DNA of 64,000 nt from Paraspadella gotoi (lineage: Eukaryota > Animalia > Chaetognatha). The position numbers and the translations under genes were made by a program. The notes below the pieces were generated by a model. It saw only the letters and a list, made by a program, of their open reading frames with translations, did no database searches and was not told the origin of the DNA. The stretch is taken from assembly GCA_051294375.1 (NCBI GenBank), contig CM119269.1, forward strand, positions 6,461,552-6,525,551, given 5' to 3'. Shown here piece after piece: positions 12,757-25,466 of the stretch (positions within the stretch are counted from its first letter, which is position 1; each line of letters starts with the position of its first letter).

Positions 12757-14341
12757 ATCCATATCCATAATGTTATTCTTTGTCACGTATATTCTTTTCT
12801 CCCAGATTAGTTTTCTATCCCCCTCATTTCGACTTTTTATCTCCTTTTTACTATCTTTTTTTATTCTACCATCTACCTTCCTACGTTTTTTCTTTCTTTA
12901 ATTTTCTTTTCTTATCTTAGCCTTTCCCTTTCCCCCACCTTTCCACATATATTTTCTCCTCTTCTTTTCCCTCCCTTTTTACTTCTCTAAATCTTCTATT
13001 TCTTTCCCCCTTTTTTTCCTCCTCCTGCTCCTCCTCCTCCTTCTCCTCCTCCTCCTCCCTGATTTCCTCTCCTTGTTACTCCTTTTTTTCTTTCCTCCTT
13101 TTTATTCCCTCTACGAAGCCAAAGCCATCTTTTCCCTTTCCGACAAAGGGTGGAGGGAGGAGCTTAGGTGTGAGACGCAGTAGGGTGAAGTGAAAGTTTG
13201 AAAATCAAAATTTAGCAGTTATTTCTTGAGAACTATCATATTAGTGAATATTGATCTGTAGTTATTTTTCTTTTTTTAAAAATATAGTAGCCCAGTCAGC
13301 TTATTTTGTATATAGTAACTTACTAACCTTAATTAATGTCAAAATTTCAAAATGTTTTTTTTTTTAATTCTGTGAACAGATTTAGATTTCTTGTTAAAAG
13401 TTGATCGAAGAAAATAAAAATATTTTTGAAAAATTATGTCATTAAGTAGGTTAAAATTTAAAAAAAATAAAATTTTAAGATGAAAATTAAAAATTTTAAA
13501 ATTTTAGCCTATTATATACTTATTACTATTACTACTTATATATAAATATAGCTCACTGGTACCCGCTGTTGTACAAAATTAAAAAATAAATTTATCAAAG
13601 TATTTTTGTTTTTTGTTTAATGTTTTATATGCTAAATTTTAAATTTCTAAAATTTTATCATTTTCACATCAATCTAGGGCGCAGCTGCCGTTGGCAAGAG
13701 TGTGCAGCTGTGAGCGACTGTGTAGGCGTAGACGTGTGGCGGTGTTGAGAACGAAAAAAAAAGTGTCGAGTTATTCAATGGTGAAACCGTGCCTGTGCTG
13801 AGAATGCTGAGGAAGTTGGTAAGTAATGAATAACGGCCAGAAAGTGAGAGCAGAATGTTGAGGTGAAATTGGCAAATGGATTGACCCATCTTCAAAAAGA
13901 GAGAAAAATAGGTGAGTACTAATCGAAAGGGGGTAATGAAAGGCGGAAAAACGGAGGATTTGGAAAAAAAAAAGGGGGGGGGAAGTCAGAAATGATTGAT
14001 CTAGAAATGGACACTGGCCAAGATGAATAATCTTTTTCCCCAAGAATTTATCGAACAGAAATTTCGTTGTCTTCTCAGCTTCGACGCTATCGCCCTTAAA
14101 AAGACGAGCGCCTAAAGAAACCGTAGAAACCCGAGTCTAGAACCCGGAACCTCTCGGACGCGGTCACGTCGCCCTCTCGAACCGCCGCCCCCCCCAAAAA
14201 AGGAAAATCCCCTTTCCTTCCTCTAATGGCCGCCTCCAAATCGGAAGACCATTTTCCCGCCTTCCACCAAATTCGGGGATCAGATTTCTCGCTTCGGCGA
14301 GAGAAAGTTTTCTCAGCCTATTTTGATCCTCGAGGTGGGAG

Positions 14342-14508
14342 GGATCTTGACCCGTTTGGATCCTTGACTCGTTTTTTGATTTTTGACCCGTTTTGATCCT
14401 TGACCCGTTTAGATTCTTGACCCGTTCGGATCCTTGACCCGTTTGAATCCTTATCCCGTTTGGATCCTTGACCCGTTTGGATTCTTGACCGGGTAAAGTT
14501 CTTGACCA
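14342..14508. repeat. About 18-bp minisatellite (GGATCCTTGACCCGTTT)n
   Basis: Direct inspection. Confidence 0.85.
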
Positions 14509-15145
14509 GGGAATATAATTAAAACGTTCAGGATTTTTTTCCGCTACTGAGTTTTAGGTCATCCTTAACCAAATTAATTCTGGGACTCGTTTAGATCATT
14601 GACCCTTTTAGATCTGAAGACCGTTCATGTCCGATAGATCTTGATCCATTTTATGATCCCCTTCTCAGATTAACCCCGATTCTAATCCTAATCCGCCTTA
14701 AATCTTTACTCAATCTTTCCTCTTAATCTCTTCGTGCTTGACCCCTTCTCTTCTCCAGATCCACTTCTAATCTATTTATAATCTCTGACTAATCTTCCCC
14801 CAGAGTTTTTCCTTTCTAATCACCCGCTTATCGTATTTAAGGAAATTTGGGCGCATATTATTTTGGTGGCCACTCGATATAATATGTGACTTTTGGATTT
14901 TATGATTGAGAAGATCACCGAAAGACTATGAACATTTTATTATTATTGCAACATTGAAACATCAATCATCAAGCATTGCATTTTGTACAGCCCCCAAAAA
15001 AAACAAGCACAATAGGTAGCACACCCGTATTTCCTCAATCAAACGCAATTTGTTCAGCCTTTAAACTTATCATCGGTTTTGTGGACAGTTCGGACCGGAC
15101 GTGAGATCCGCGCGGTGGGTGGTCCCTCCCGTCTGTAATCAGCTA

Positions 15146-15267
<122 letters not shown>

Positions 15268-15854
15268 GCTATTTCCTTCTTCCGTCTCTAAGAATGAAGA
15301 AAAAAGAGCGGGGAGCTCTTACTCTTTTTCATTCTTCACATCTTTTTTTTTTTTGGAAAGCAATCGTTGGCCGTTATTTTCCCTCCCATTACCGTCTTTC
15401 CAACTTTACTATCTCCCCAATCTTTTGTTTCCTACCAACCCTACCCATACTTTCTTCTTTTTTATTTCAGCCGTGTCCATTTCGAAATTTATCTTTATTG
15501 TATCATGTATACCTTCCTTAAATATTCGCATCTCCTGTTCTCACCTCTTAATATTCCCCAAATTAATCCTAAAATCCCTTTGACCTTATTTCCCTTTTTC
15601 TCAGCTGCACTTGACTCTACTTGACTCCTCGCAACCCTTATCATCGCCTTTTCTCACTCCACATTTCTCTGTTCCCTATATCTACTGACCCCACTTCCCT
15701 TATCCTCACTTCCCCTTTATTTCCCGACCCCTTTATCCCCACTTCTCCTCTGGCAAATCTTCTCTTCAATCCCCGTTTTTCATTCCCCCTCATTTCCTAT
15801 TTCCTTATTCCCTTCCTCCCACATATCCTCGTTTCCCTCTAACTTCTTCTTAAT

Positions 15855-16062
15855 ATCCACTTCCCTTCAATCCAATTCCAGTAACCCTTCAATCCCCACT
15901 TCCCCCTCAATCCCCCCTTCAGTCCCCACTTCCCTCTCAATCCCAAGTTTCCCATCAATCCCCACTTCCCCGTCAAATCCCCCTTCAGTCCCCACTTCCC
16001 TCTCAATCCCAAGTTTCCCTTCAATCCTCACTTCCCCTTCAATCCCCACTTCCCCTTGATCC
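15855..16062. repeat. 18-bp minisatellite (CTTCCCCTTCAATCCCCA)n
   Basis: Direct inspection. Confidence 0.85.
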
Positions 16063-16145
16063 CCGCTCGACCCCACTCGTCGTCCTTCCGTCCTTCGTTC
16101 ACCCAATTTCTTCGCCGCGCCCTTTTTTTCGCCAAAGGCCAAATG

Positions 16146-16181
<36 letters not shown>

Positions 16182-16294
16182 NNNNNNNNNNNNNNNNNNN
16201 NNNNNNNNNNNNNNNNNNNNNNNNNNNNNNNNNNNNNNNNNNNNNNNNNNNNNNNNNNNNNNNNNNNNNNNNNNNNNNNNNNNNNNNNNNNNNN

Positions 16295-16330
<36 letters not shown>

Positions 16331-16436
16331 GAAGATTGTGGAGGTGTCGCCAGGAGGGAGTGTCCAGAGTGGAAAGAGGAATCCTATTGGGAGGGAGTGT
16401 TTAAATTGAAAAAAGCGAAATTCTTTATAAACAATC

Positions 16437-16660
16437 TTTTAAATATTACATCACTTCATTGCGAGGGAAGCCAGGAACTCTGGGAGTGATTAAACGAGAC
16501 TGTGAGAAAGTCTTTATTGAAAGCTTGCAGGGACCTGCTATGTCATTATCTTGCAAGAGTGATGGAGGCCTTAAACCACCAAAGCCTGTCAAAAGTCAAG
16601 GGAAAGATAGTTTATTTATTAAATGAATGGACAATTTTATATTGGTTGCACTAAATTCAT
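16437..16660 (-). mobile_element. Repeat family A, diverged inverted partial copy
   Basis: GGGAAGCCAGG...AAGCTTGCAGGGACCTGCTATGTCATTATCTTG matches 36030-36225 with more mismatches. Confidence 0.85.
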
Positions 16661-19597
16661 ATTATTGTTGAGCTGGAGCGAGAGAAATGATCCGATATGC
16701 TGGTGTTTTGACAGTTGGTCATTTTCTAAGGACTATAGACTGTAGACTGTAGAGAGAAAGAAAGGGAGAGAGTTGGCGAACTTGGGAGAGTGGACTGTGA
16801 AAAGAAGGAAAAAAATATGTTTGGGGGGGCGATTTAGGAAGATGAAAGAGGAATCCCTCGAGAGAGAGAGAGAACGCTGAGTGGAGAGGAAAATTTGAAA
16901 TCGCTGCCGGATAAAAATAACATTTTTGGGTCGTATAAAGCATTATTATTTAGTAAATACCCTCACATATTTTTTTATCTGGTTTGCCTTTAAGCTCTGT
17001 TTTCGCCGAGAGCATTTCCATCTTTTAAAGCTTTCCCAATCCATTAAGCTTTTTGCCATTCTTTCTAGCTTCGCCATTCTCTCAAGCTTTGCCATTCTTT
17101 TATATCTTTTCCATACTTTCGAGCTTTCATACTTTGCCATCCCCGACTCGGGCACGAGGCACCGTCAGCGCCAATCAACGTCAATTAAGCTCTCACGGTG
17201 AAATCCTCGCTCGACCCGATATTAAAGCGTCGATGGCGAAAAAGTGATGTCGTTAGAGACACTTTGATATCGAGGGCGACGACGACGAAGACGACGACGA
17301 CGACGAAGACGACGACGACCGCTGATCAATTGAACCGTTATGAACGTTTGAAAGGATTGCAATTAGTAATGTGGTTGTTGTACGGTTTCCTATCGTTGTT
17401 GTACGACCGAGTACAATGAGATTGTAAATTGTAAATGCTGTCCACGGAGTCGAATCTTAATTTTATTTAATTAAACACGTAACGGTGAAATAGCGCAACT
17501 TTTAAGATCATTATCGTGATAATAGACGTTTTAATATCAAGACTGATTACTAATTACAAGATGAAAGATAAATTAATACAAATGACGATACCGACGGGGA
17601 CGGCCGCACGAGAGGCAAGGTTAATGAGATGTTAACTTGATTACAATTAAACACTGATGACACTTATTATAAAATGACTCTTGTTAATGAAAGAATTGAT
17701 AACGAAGATAGGAACGAGTGAAAATCATGACTTGTCTTAGACAACTTTTAAGAACGAAGGTTAGTAAACGTTTATCAAAACAAAAAAAATTGTTTAAATA
17801 AAACTAATACGAAATTAACTTGTACAAATTATCTCGGCTCGCCGCGCATCCTCCGGATCATTCGGCCGCAACGGCTCGTCCACCGCTGCCGCCATTTCCT
17901 CGCTTCTCTCCGCTCAGAAAACTGGAATTCTCTTGGAATTTCCGGTGGATGCGTTTTCCGGGAAATTAGCGCGACTCCAAGGTCTCAGTAGCGATGGGGG
18001 GGAGAGGGGAGAAGAGTAATAGGGAAAAGGGGGGAGGGAGGGGGGGGGGGAAAGGATGACGCGCGCTGCCGAAAGCGTGAAGTGAAAACGGAATAGGGAA
18101 TAGAGTCTCACCAAGGAGTAAAAGATCGGGGAGGATGAACGCGGATATTCATGTTGGAAAAAGGTAAGTTTAAAGGAGGAAAGGAAATAAGAGGTACTTG
18201 TCGAAGCCAAAAACCAACCAAACCAGGGTTTCGGGGCGGGAAAATTGGTTTTGGAGGAAAAAGTGAGTTCGATCGGGTTGGAGGAAAGGTGAGGGTATTT
18301 CAGAGCGACTCATAACATAAAATTTTCGTTTGGGGAAGTTTACGGTCGCGCTGCGTTCGCATCAGGGGGCGATCAGGTCATCTGGTTAGCGTTTACGGCC
18401 AATCAGAGGTCGTGCGAGAAATTATTAGCCAATCGGTGAACGAGGTTTGTTTCGTGATTGAGGAAATTCTGATCTAGTATTTAGGATTGCACCGCACCTG
18501 GAGTCAAATTACAATGTTTTTGTAAACGTTCTCGAATTTACTTCGCTAAAATCATATAACACCTATTTATAAATTGAATTGATAATTTTTATATTGGTTG
18601 TGCTAATTTCATATACATTGTTGGGATTAATTTCTTCACATTTTTAAGTGAAGTAGAATAGTTGTAAATAGTAATAGTATATAGTAGTAAATGATAGTAA
18701 ATATTACAGTTGCAATCGTGGTTAAAATGTGGGGGCGATTAGTTGAAAGCGAACGCTGAAAACCGGGATTTGTAACCTACATTATTAAATAGCAAAGTGA
18801 GTTGACAAGAGGATGTAAACGTGGGAGTGAGAAGATGAAGGACGGCGAAAAAAGACAGAGAGAGATGGAGAGGGAGGGAAAATAAAGGAGAGACAAAGCG
18901 AGAGAGACAGAGAAGCATTAAAATAAATTGCCACTGAAAGGAGTCGTTGCTGATGTTGATTAAAAAAATCTCGCGGTTTTTAGTTTAATGTTTCGTTACT
19001 TAGGAAACCGAAGAAAATGAAGAAAAAAGTGTGGTTTTTTTGTTTTTGTTTTTTTATCAATTTAGATAACATTTTGGTTTATTTTTATAAAGCGTGACCA
19101 TTGCGTCAATGAATGTGAGATTTTTTAGCCGAACGTCTTCTTTACAACGGTTACGAAAATGTTTAATTTTATTTCAGTTTAGGCGAAAATTTATCTCCGT
19201 AAAATAAATTTTTGGCTATTCCAATCACAAAGCATCGTTGCCAAAATTTAGTTGCAAAATGACGAGATTTTTTTCGGGCAATATTAATCACGTTTTTAGA
19301 TGCGTCGTTCCGATGGAAAGATTAGTTGAAGTTTCGCAAAAAAAAATGGGAAATATCGTTTTTAAAAATTGTTTTTAAATAATTTTTTTTATCTTTTTTT
19401 TTTTACTAAAAGAGAAAATTCACTTTGAGGATTTAAAAAAAAGAAATTAAAAAAAAAAAACCGAAAAAAAATTAAAAAAATATTGTCGTCGCATGAAGAA
19501 GCGAAGATGGAAAAGACTCATGTTGTGAAGAAATGAAGGGGGGGGGAGTGAGAGAGATATGGCTAGGAGGAGGAAGAGCAGGACGAGGAAGCACGCG

Positions 19598-19687
<90 letters not shown>

Positions 19688-20034
19688 CTCTTCTCGCGGT
19701 TTGCGCCATTCATTCCCCTTCCATCTTTGGCTTCAATTCTATAGTCTCAATCTCGTAACATCATCTTTTCGTCTCCATAGTTACCCTGGATCGCTGGAGG
19801 AGGAGGCCCAGTCACACGCCGGTTGCTAGGCGACGGATCTGCGCGTGCCCGACCCACGCGCGTGCCCGACCGGGTCGTAAACGTCGGCCTCGAGCGACGG
19901 CGCCCGACGGCGCCCGGCATCCTGCGGGGCCAGCGTCCTCCCCGGGTCTGCATCAGCGACTCCCGGGGACCGTAAATTCGGTGGGGGGGCGGAAACGCGA
20001 GGAAAATGCAGACCCACCTGATTGTAGAGGGCAA

Positions 20035-20093
<59 letters not shown>

Positions 20094-20237
20094 ATATTTA
20101 GAGAGATTTCAAGGCCGTAGAAAACCCCGTGAATAAAAACCTCAATAGGAGCGTAGTGGGAATAAAATCACATAATTTCATTCACACAGTTTTTTCCTCT
20201 CTTTTACTCTCTCTCTCTCTCTCCCCCTCTCTCTCTC

Positions 20238-20301
<64 letters not shown>

Positions 20302-21651
20302 CTCTCTCTCTCTCTCTCCTCTACTCCACTCTTTTCTTTAGCCGCTATAATTCTTTTCTCATATCGGAAAGAGGATGCATAAATTTTCATAGGAGGAAAA
20401 GAAAAACCTAAATCGAGTTTCCAATGAGGAGGAGAGTGACGTGGTGAAGCAAGGGAAACGGGAAGAGCGGTGAGAAAGGAGGAGGAAAACACCTGTGGTA
20501 ATCATATAGCAGGAGGAAGCGCGAAGAATGGAAGAAGAGCGAAGGAAAAATCATAAAGTGGAGAGGAATCAATGTATTTCCCATTTTGTGTTGCATCGAA
20601 TCTTTTTTCCTTTTCCTTCTTTCTTTCCTTTTTCCCTCTTCTACATCATCGCGGGCGGAAAAGGAGGTGGATTTTAAGCAGTCGGGCATTTTTTGCCGGG
20701 AACTTGAACGTTCCCGCGCATTCTGCTCTGACTTAGTTTGTGTCCATCGAATTGATACCGGGCCCTGTTGTAGATTACTATCATCGGCAAAATAATGTGT
20801 TTAGATTATAAATTCAAAACATGTCTGAGCTAAATAAGAACAGTTACAGAAATATTAATTATTATAAATCAAATATTCTCAATTTTAAAAAAAAAGTTAA
20901 TTCTAGGAAATAAAACTTTTTTTTTTCTGTTTGAAAAAATACGTAGCATATTAAAGTAGATTGAGATATCCTCTGTAATGTATTTAGGTTAAGTAGCCAG
21001 TCGCGATTAGAGCCTTCACAGATAATCCTATTAAAGGAGTTGACAATTTGAATTATTATCCTAATTCACGAAATGGAGACACATCCTTCACCGGGACATT
21101 TCTCGAAGAAATGTCCGAGGTGAAAGAAGACCAGTGGCTTCGCTCACTCGTTTATATCAAAAAGTTAATTCCTATGTAGAACACGTGGGTTATAAATTTC
21201 TTTTGCTTATCTTTTTCAAAAAATAACTGTTATGAAAAAAAATTTATCAATATTAATATTTCTACCTTAATCTAGCGAAAACAAAGTTTCAATTTGTACT
21301 ACAACGATTTTTTATTAGTATGGCTACCTAAATCTGAAATCAACTGAGTATAGAAATGAATCGCTAAAACGAACTTCAAAAATTTTCCAGGTCAAAGCCT
21401 AGGAAAATTTTCGAACTTTTTCTAACGAAAAAAAAGTTTTTCCTTTAACTTGGATGAGAAATTGTGAAAGTTCATCCATTCCTTTTTAGGTAATTTTTTT
21501 TTTAAATGGGAAATCGATTTGAACTCGAAACCTAAACAATAATTTTGTAGTAAGTTCTGTTATTCACCATTCTGCGCGGAAGAATGAGTTCCGACTGCAC
21601 AGTTTACCACAGTGAATAATAAGAAATATGCCAAAGATCCACTCCTAACTT

Positions 21652-21690
<39 letters not shown>

Positions 21691-21703
21691 GAGAGAGAAA
21701 AGA

Positions 21704-21745
<42 letters not shown>

Positions 21746-21749
21746 AGCT

Positions 21750-24700
21750 ATGACGCCCCGGTCCCGCAAATGGACGACCCTCTTCTCCCATCAACGCCGC
21801 CATCTTCGCCTCCACGTTCGGCTACAGCTCCATCATCAACATCTCACCGGAAATCGTGAGGAGATTTGGGTTCGAAGAAAAAGACGTCGGATTTCTGGGC
21901 GGAGTCATCATAAGTGAGTTGAGAAGTTTTTAACAGATTTATCGATCAAACAAGTTCGAGTCTTGTCGGTTTTTTTTTTTGGGGGGGGGAGGGATTAATT
22001 ATTAATTATCGCTCATTTAATCATTATTTATTGATTATTGATTCGGAGAAAAGTTAAAAATAATATTTCATATTTAAATCTTACCTAATTCTGAATTTGG
22101 TAAATGTGATTTTGAAATTTTGTGTAATGCACTCAATTTGTGATTTTGAGAATGCGCTTCTAGTTTTGACAAGTCAGGAACTACCGTAATCTATTGAGTT
22201 ATACATACGATTTTTTAGGCTATATTTTTGTCATTTATTTTTAGATTGAGCGATTGGTCCTATTTTATGAGTCAAGACTTAACAGGCATAATCCAGTCTG
22301 GAGCAGGATTCACAAATGGGGTCCAAAAATTCAATGAGCAAAAGAACGAAATTTAAGCAAGAAAAAGAGAGAGAGACAGAGAGAGAGAGAAAGAGAGATA
22401 GAGAGAAAGAGAGAGAGAGAGAGTAAGAGCGTCATTTTATCCCATTCCTCTCATTCCCTTTCTCCCCCCAAAAAGGCATGTACTTCGCAAGCGCCATGCT
22501 CAACGCCCTCTGGGGTCATCTTTCCGATCGATTCGGACGCCGCTTCGTCCTCCTTCCGTCCATGCTAGTTCTCGGCGCCACCTCCTTCGGCTTCGGGACT
22601 TCGACGTCACTGTGGGCGGCGCTGGCTTGGCGCGCCGCGGCCGGCGTCGCCGACTCTCGCGGCGTGCTCCGCGCCGCCGTCGCCGACGCGTCGGGAAAAG
22701 AGGATCGCGTCGTCAACATGAGCGCGTTTCTGTTCAGTTGGCAGGCGGGCGTCACTGTTGGTCCGATGGTGACGGGATGGTTGGCGGGTGAGTTGGGGGC
22801 GTGGCCGCGTTGAATAGATGACGTGGGGGAGAGCGGAGGAATGTTGAATGCGTTCGGGAGAGCGGGTCATGCATTGAGAGGTGCACTGTGGCAACACATT
22901 CGCTATCACCCCGCGCCTGATTCTAGTGGAGTTAGAGTTAGAGTAGAGTTGGAGTGAGCATTCTCTCTTCCCACCAAGCAGCCCTGGGTGTTAATGCGAG
23001 TAAGTTCATAAAACTATTATGTAATATGCAAATTACAAAATTACTTGTTTTACTATTCTCAATTACGTTTCAAAATATAAATGTTAAAATTTATTATCTG
23101 TAAACATTGAATTTACTAATTTGCCTTATTTTGAACATTTGTAATTGTATATTGTATAATTGTATAAGTCTAATTGTTCAAAATTATAAGAGCGTAAAGT
23201 TCTCTTCAGCCCTCAACCTGACCTCCCAACCGTTCGTCGATCGGCCCTTTCTTCTCGTCGGCCTTCCTCATCTCCTCGTCTGTCTCCTCGCCTTCCTCCT
23301 CGTATTCTTCTTCCTCGAAAGGAAAGAAGAGGGAGAGGAAGAGATTAAGCTTCTCTCGTCTCAAGTCGACAAACTGGATTACATTGTCGAAGACGACGAC
23401 GACGACGACGACAAAAACAAAGACGATGTAGATGAGAAAGAAGACGACAATGTCGACCAAAAAGGCAACGACGACGACGACGACGAAAATGTCAAAGACG
23501 CCGCAACCTTCAGCAAATTTCTTTGCTGCGCTTCGGGTGAATCGTAATTATGAAAATTTTCAAAAGACTTGTTTCACTATTTTCTATTTTTTATTATTTA
23601 GAAATTGGTACAACCAATATAAAAATTATCCATTCATTTAATAAATAAGCTACCTTGCCCCTGACTTTGGACAGGCTTTGGTGGTTTAAGGCCTCCATCA
23701 CTCTTACAAGATAATGACATAGCAGGTCCCTGCAAGCTTTCAATCAAGACTCTCTCACAGTCTCGTTTATTCACTCCCAGAGTACCTGGCTTCCCTATCA
23801 ATGAAGTGGTATAATATTTCAAAGAATGTTTCAATTGTATGAAAAGACCACTCCCTTAAGTATTAGATCGGGGAATACTTATTGTACTCCGCACTAGCAT
23901 CAAAATACAAGGAGCCGAATTTTATGAAATTGGTACAACCAATATAAAAATTATCCATTCATTTAATAAATAAGCTATCTTGGCCCCTGACTTTGGACAG
24001 GCTTTGGTGGTTTAAGTGTAGTGGTGTACTACGAGTTGGCACGATTTTCGGTTTCAGAAAATCACACGCATGAGTTTATTATCATGGGAGCTAAAAGGCT
24101 TTTTAACCTTCGAAAGTGAGGACAAATTGCTTAATTGTTGGAGAAGTTTTCCTTCCATCCCTTGGCTTGGACTCAGGATGGATTAGAGTAAAGTGTTGGG
24201 GATTTGATTTTAGGTAGAAAAGGCGTGAAGAATTCATTCTTCAGAGTTATGACCATATTTTTCTAACTCACATTTACATTAACATTTACTTAAATCATTG
24301 GATCGAACAAAGAGACAAAATCTTGTAAATTTGCTTTAATAAAAGATAAATATAAAACTATGGCTACAGCCGGGTTGGGAATCCTACTGTTGGCTTTGAG
24401 GGCTTCAACCCACAGTGACGCCACCAGTTACTGGCGCGGTCTCGCTTTGCCAACGCAGAGGGAAGTCGTTAGGACTGTGAATGGAATAAAACGCCTGGGA
24501 AGGTGTGTTCCCCCTCTGAGCAAATGGTATTGGCAGAACAATGGTGGACCTGAGTGACGTGACTGAATATACCGCCACAAATCCCATTTATAATTTTGTA
24601 AATTCGCTTTAATAAGTCAATGTTAGACATGAATTTTCTTTCTTAATTATCCTCTTTAGTAACTTTAATGATAATTTTCAACTTCCCATTTTCGCCCCCC

Positions 24701-25397
24701 CATTCCCCCTTCACCCCAACAGACTTCTCCACTCCCCCCCTCGGTCTCATCATCGCCGTCCTCGCCAACGCCCTCTACTCTTTCGCCGCTAAAGGCGCCA
24801 AAGAGGCGCTGTCGTTGTGGGGCGGTCTGGCGCGGTCCCACGGCGGCGCCGGTTTGCCGACCTTCGAACTCGGCCTTGTCGTCGGTCTGCCCAACGCCGC
24901 CATCATCGTCGTCGCCGTTGTCGCTCCCGGCGTTATCCGGCGCGTGGGCGACGCTATCGCCGGCGTCGTGGGCGGCGTTCTCGCCGCGGTCTTCACCGTC
25001 GCACTTCCCGGCGTCAAATTGGCGGGCGCCTCGGCTGCGGCGCGACCGGCGCTGCTCGGCGTTCTATTCGCGCTGCAGCGTGGGAGTTCGTTTCTGCTGC
25101 TGCAGGTTCGTCGATTAAAATGAATCTTTGTTTGAAAAATGATGAATAGTATGAAAAAATTAATTAAACGGTGGGTAATTGAAAGTACAAAGTGTTTACA
25201 TATATGTACAATTTGAATGGTATTTACTTTCTCGATAATATTGATGAAAGAAACATTTATTTACTCACACAAAAACAGCGTCTAAAGAAACGTTAGGAAA
25301 GGAAAGAAAATTAATTAGTAGGTACATAATTAGTTATTAATTTCTCGAGGGAAAAGGGAAACGATAGCAAAGAAATATGAAGAAAAATGTGCAATAC

Positions 25398-25466
<69 letters not shown>

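Noticed and set aside
17815-17895. MAAAVDEPLRP.. start-like ORF on the minus strand
   Set aside because: Only 26 codons, no convincing donor and no linkable downstream exon.
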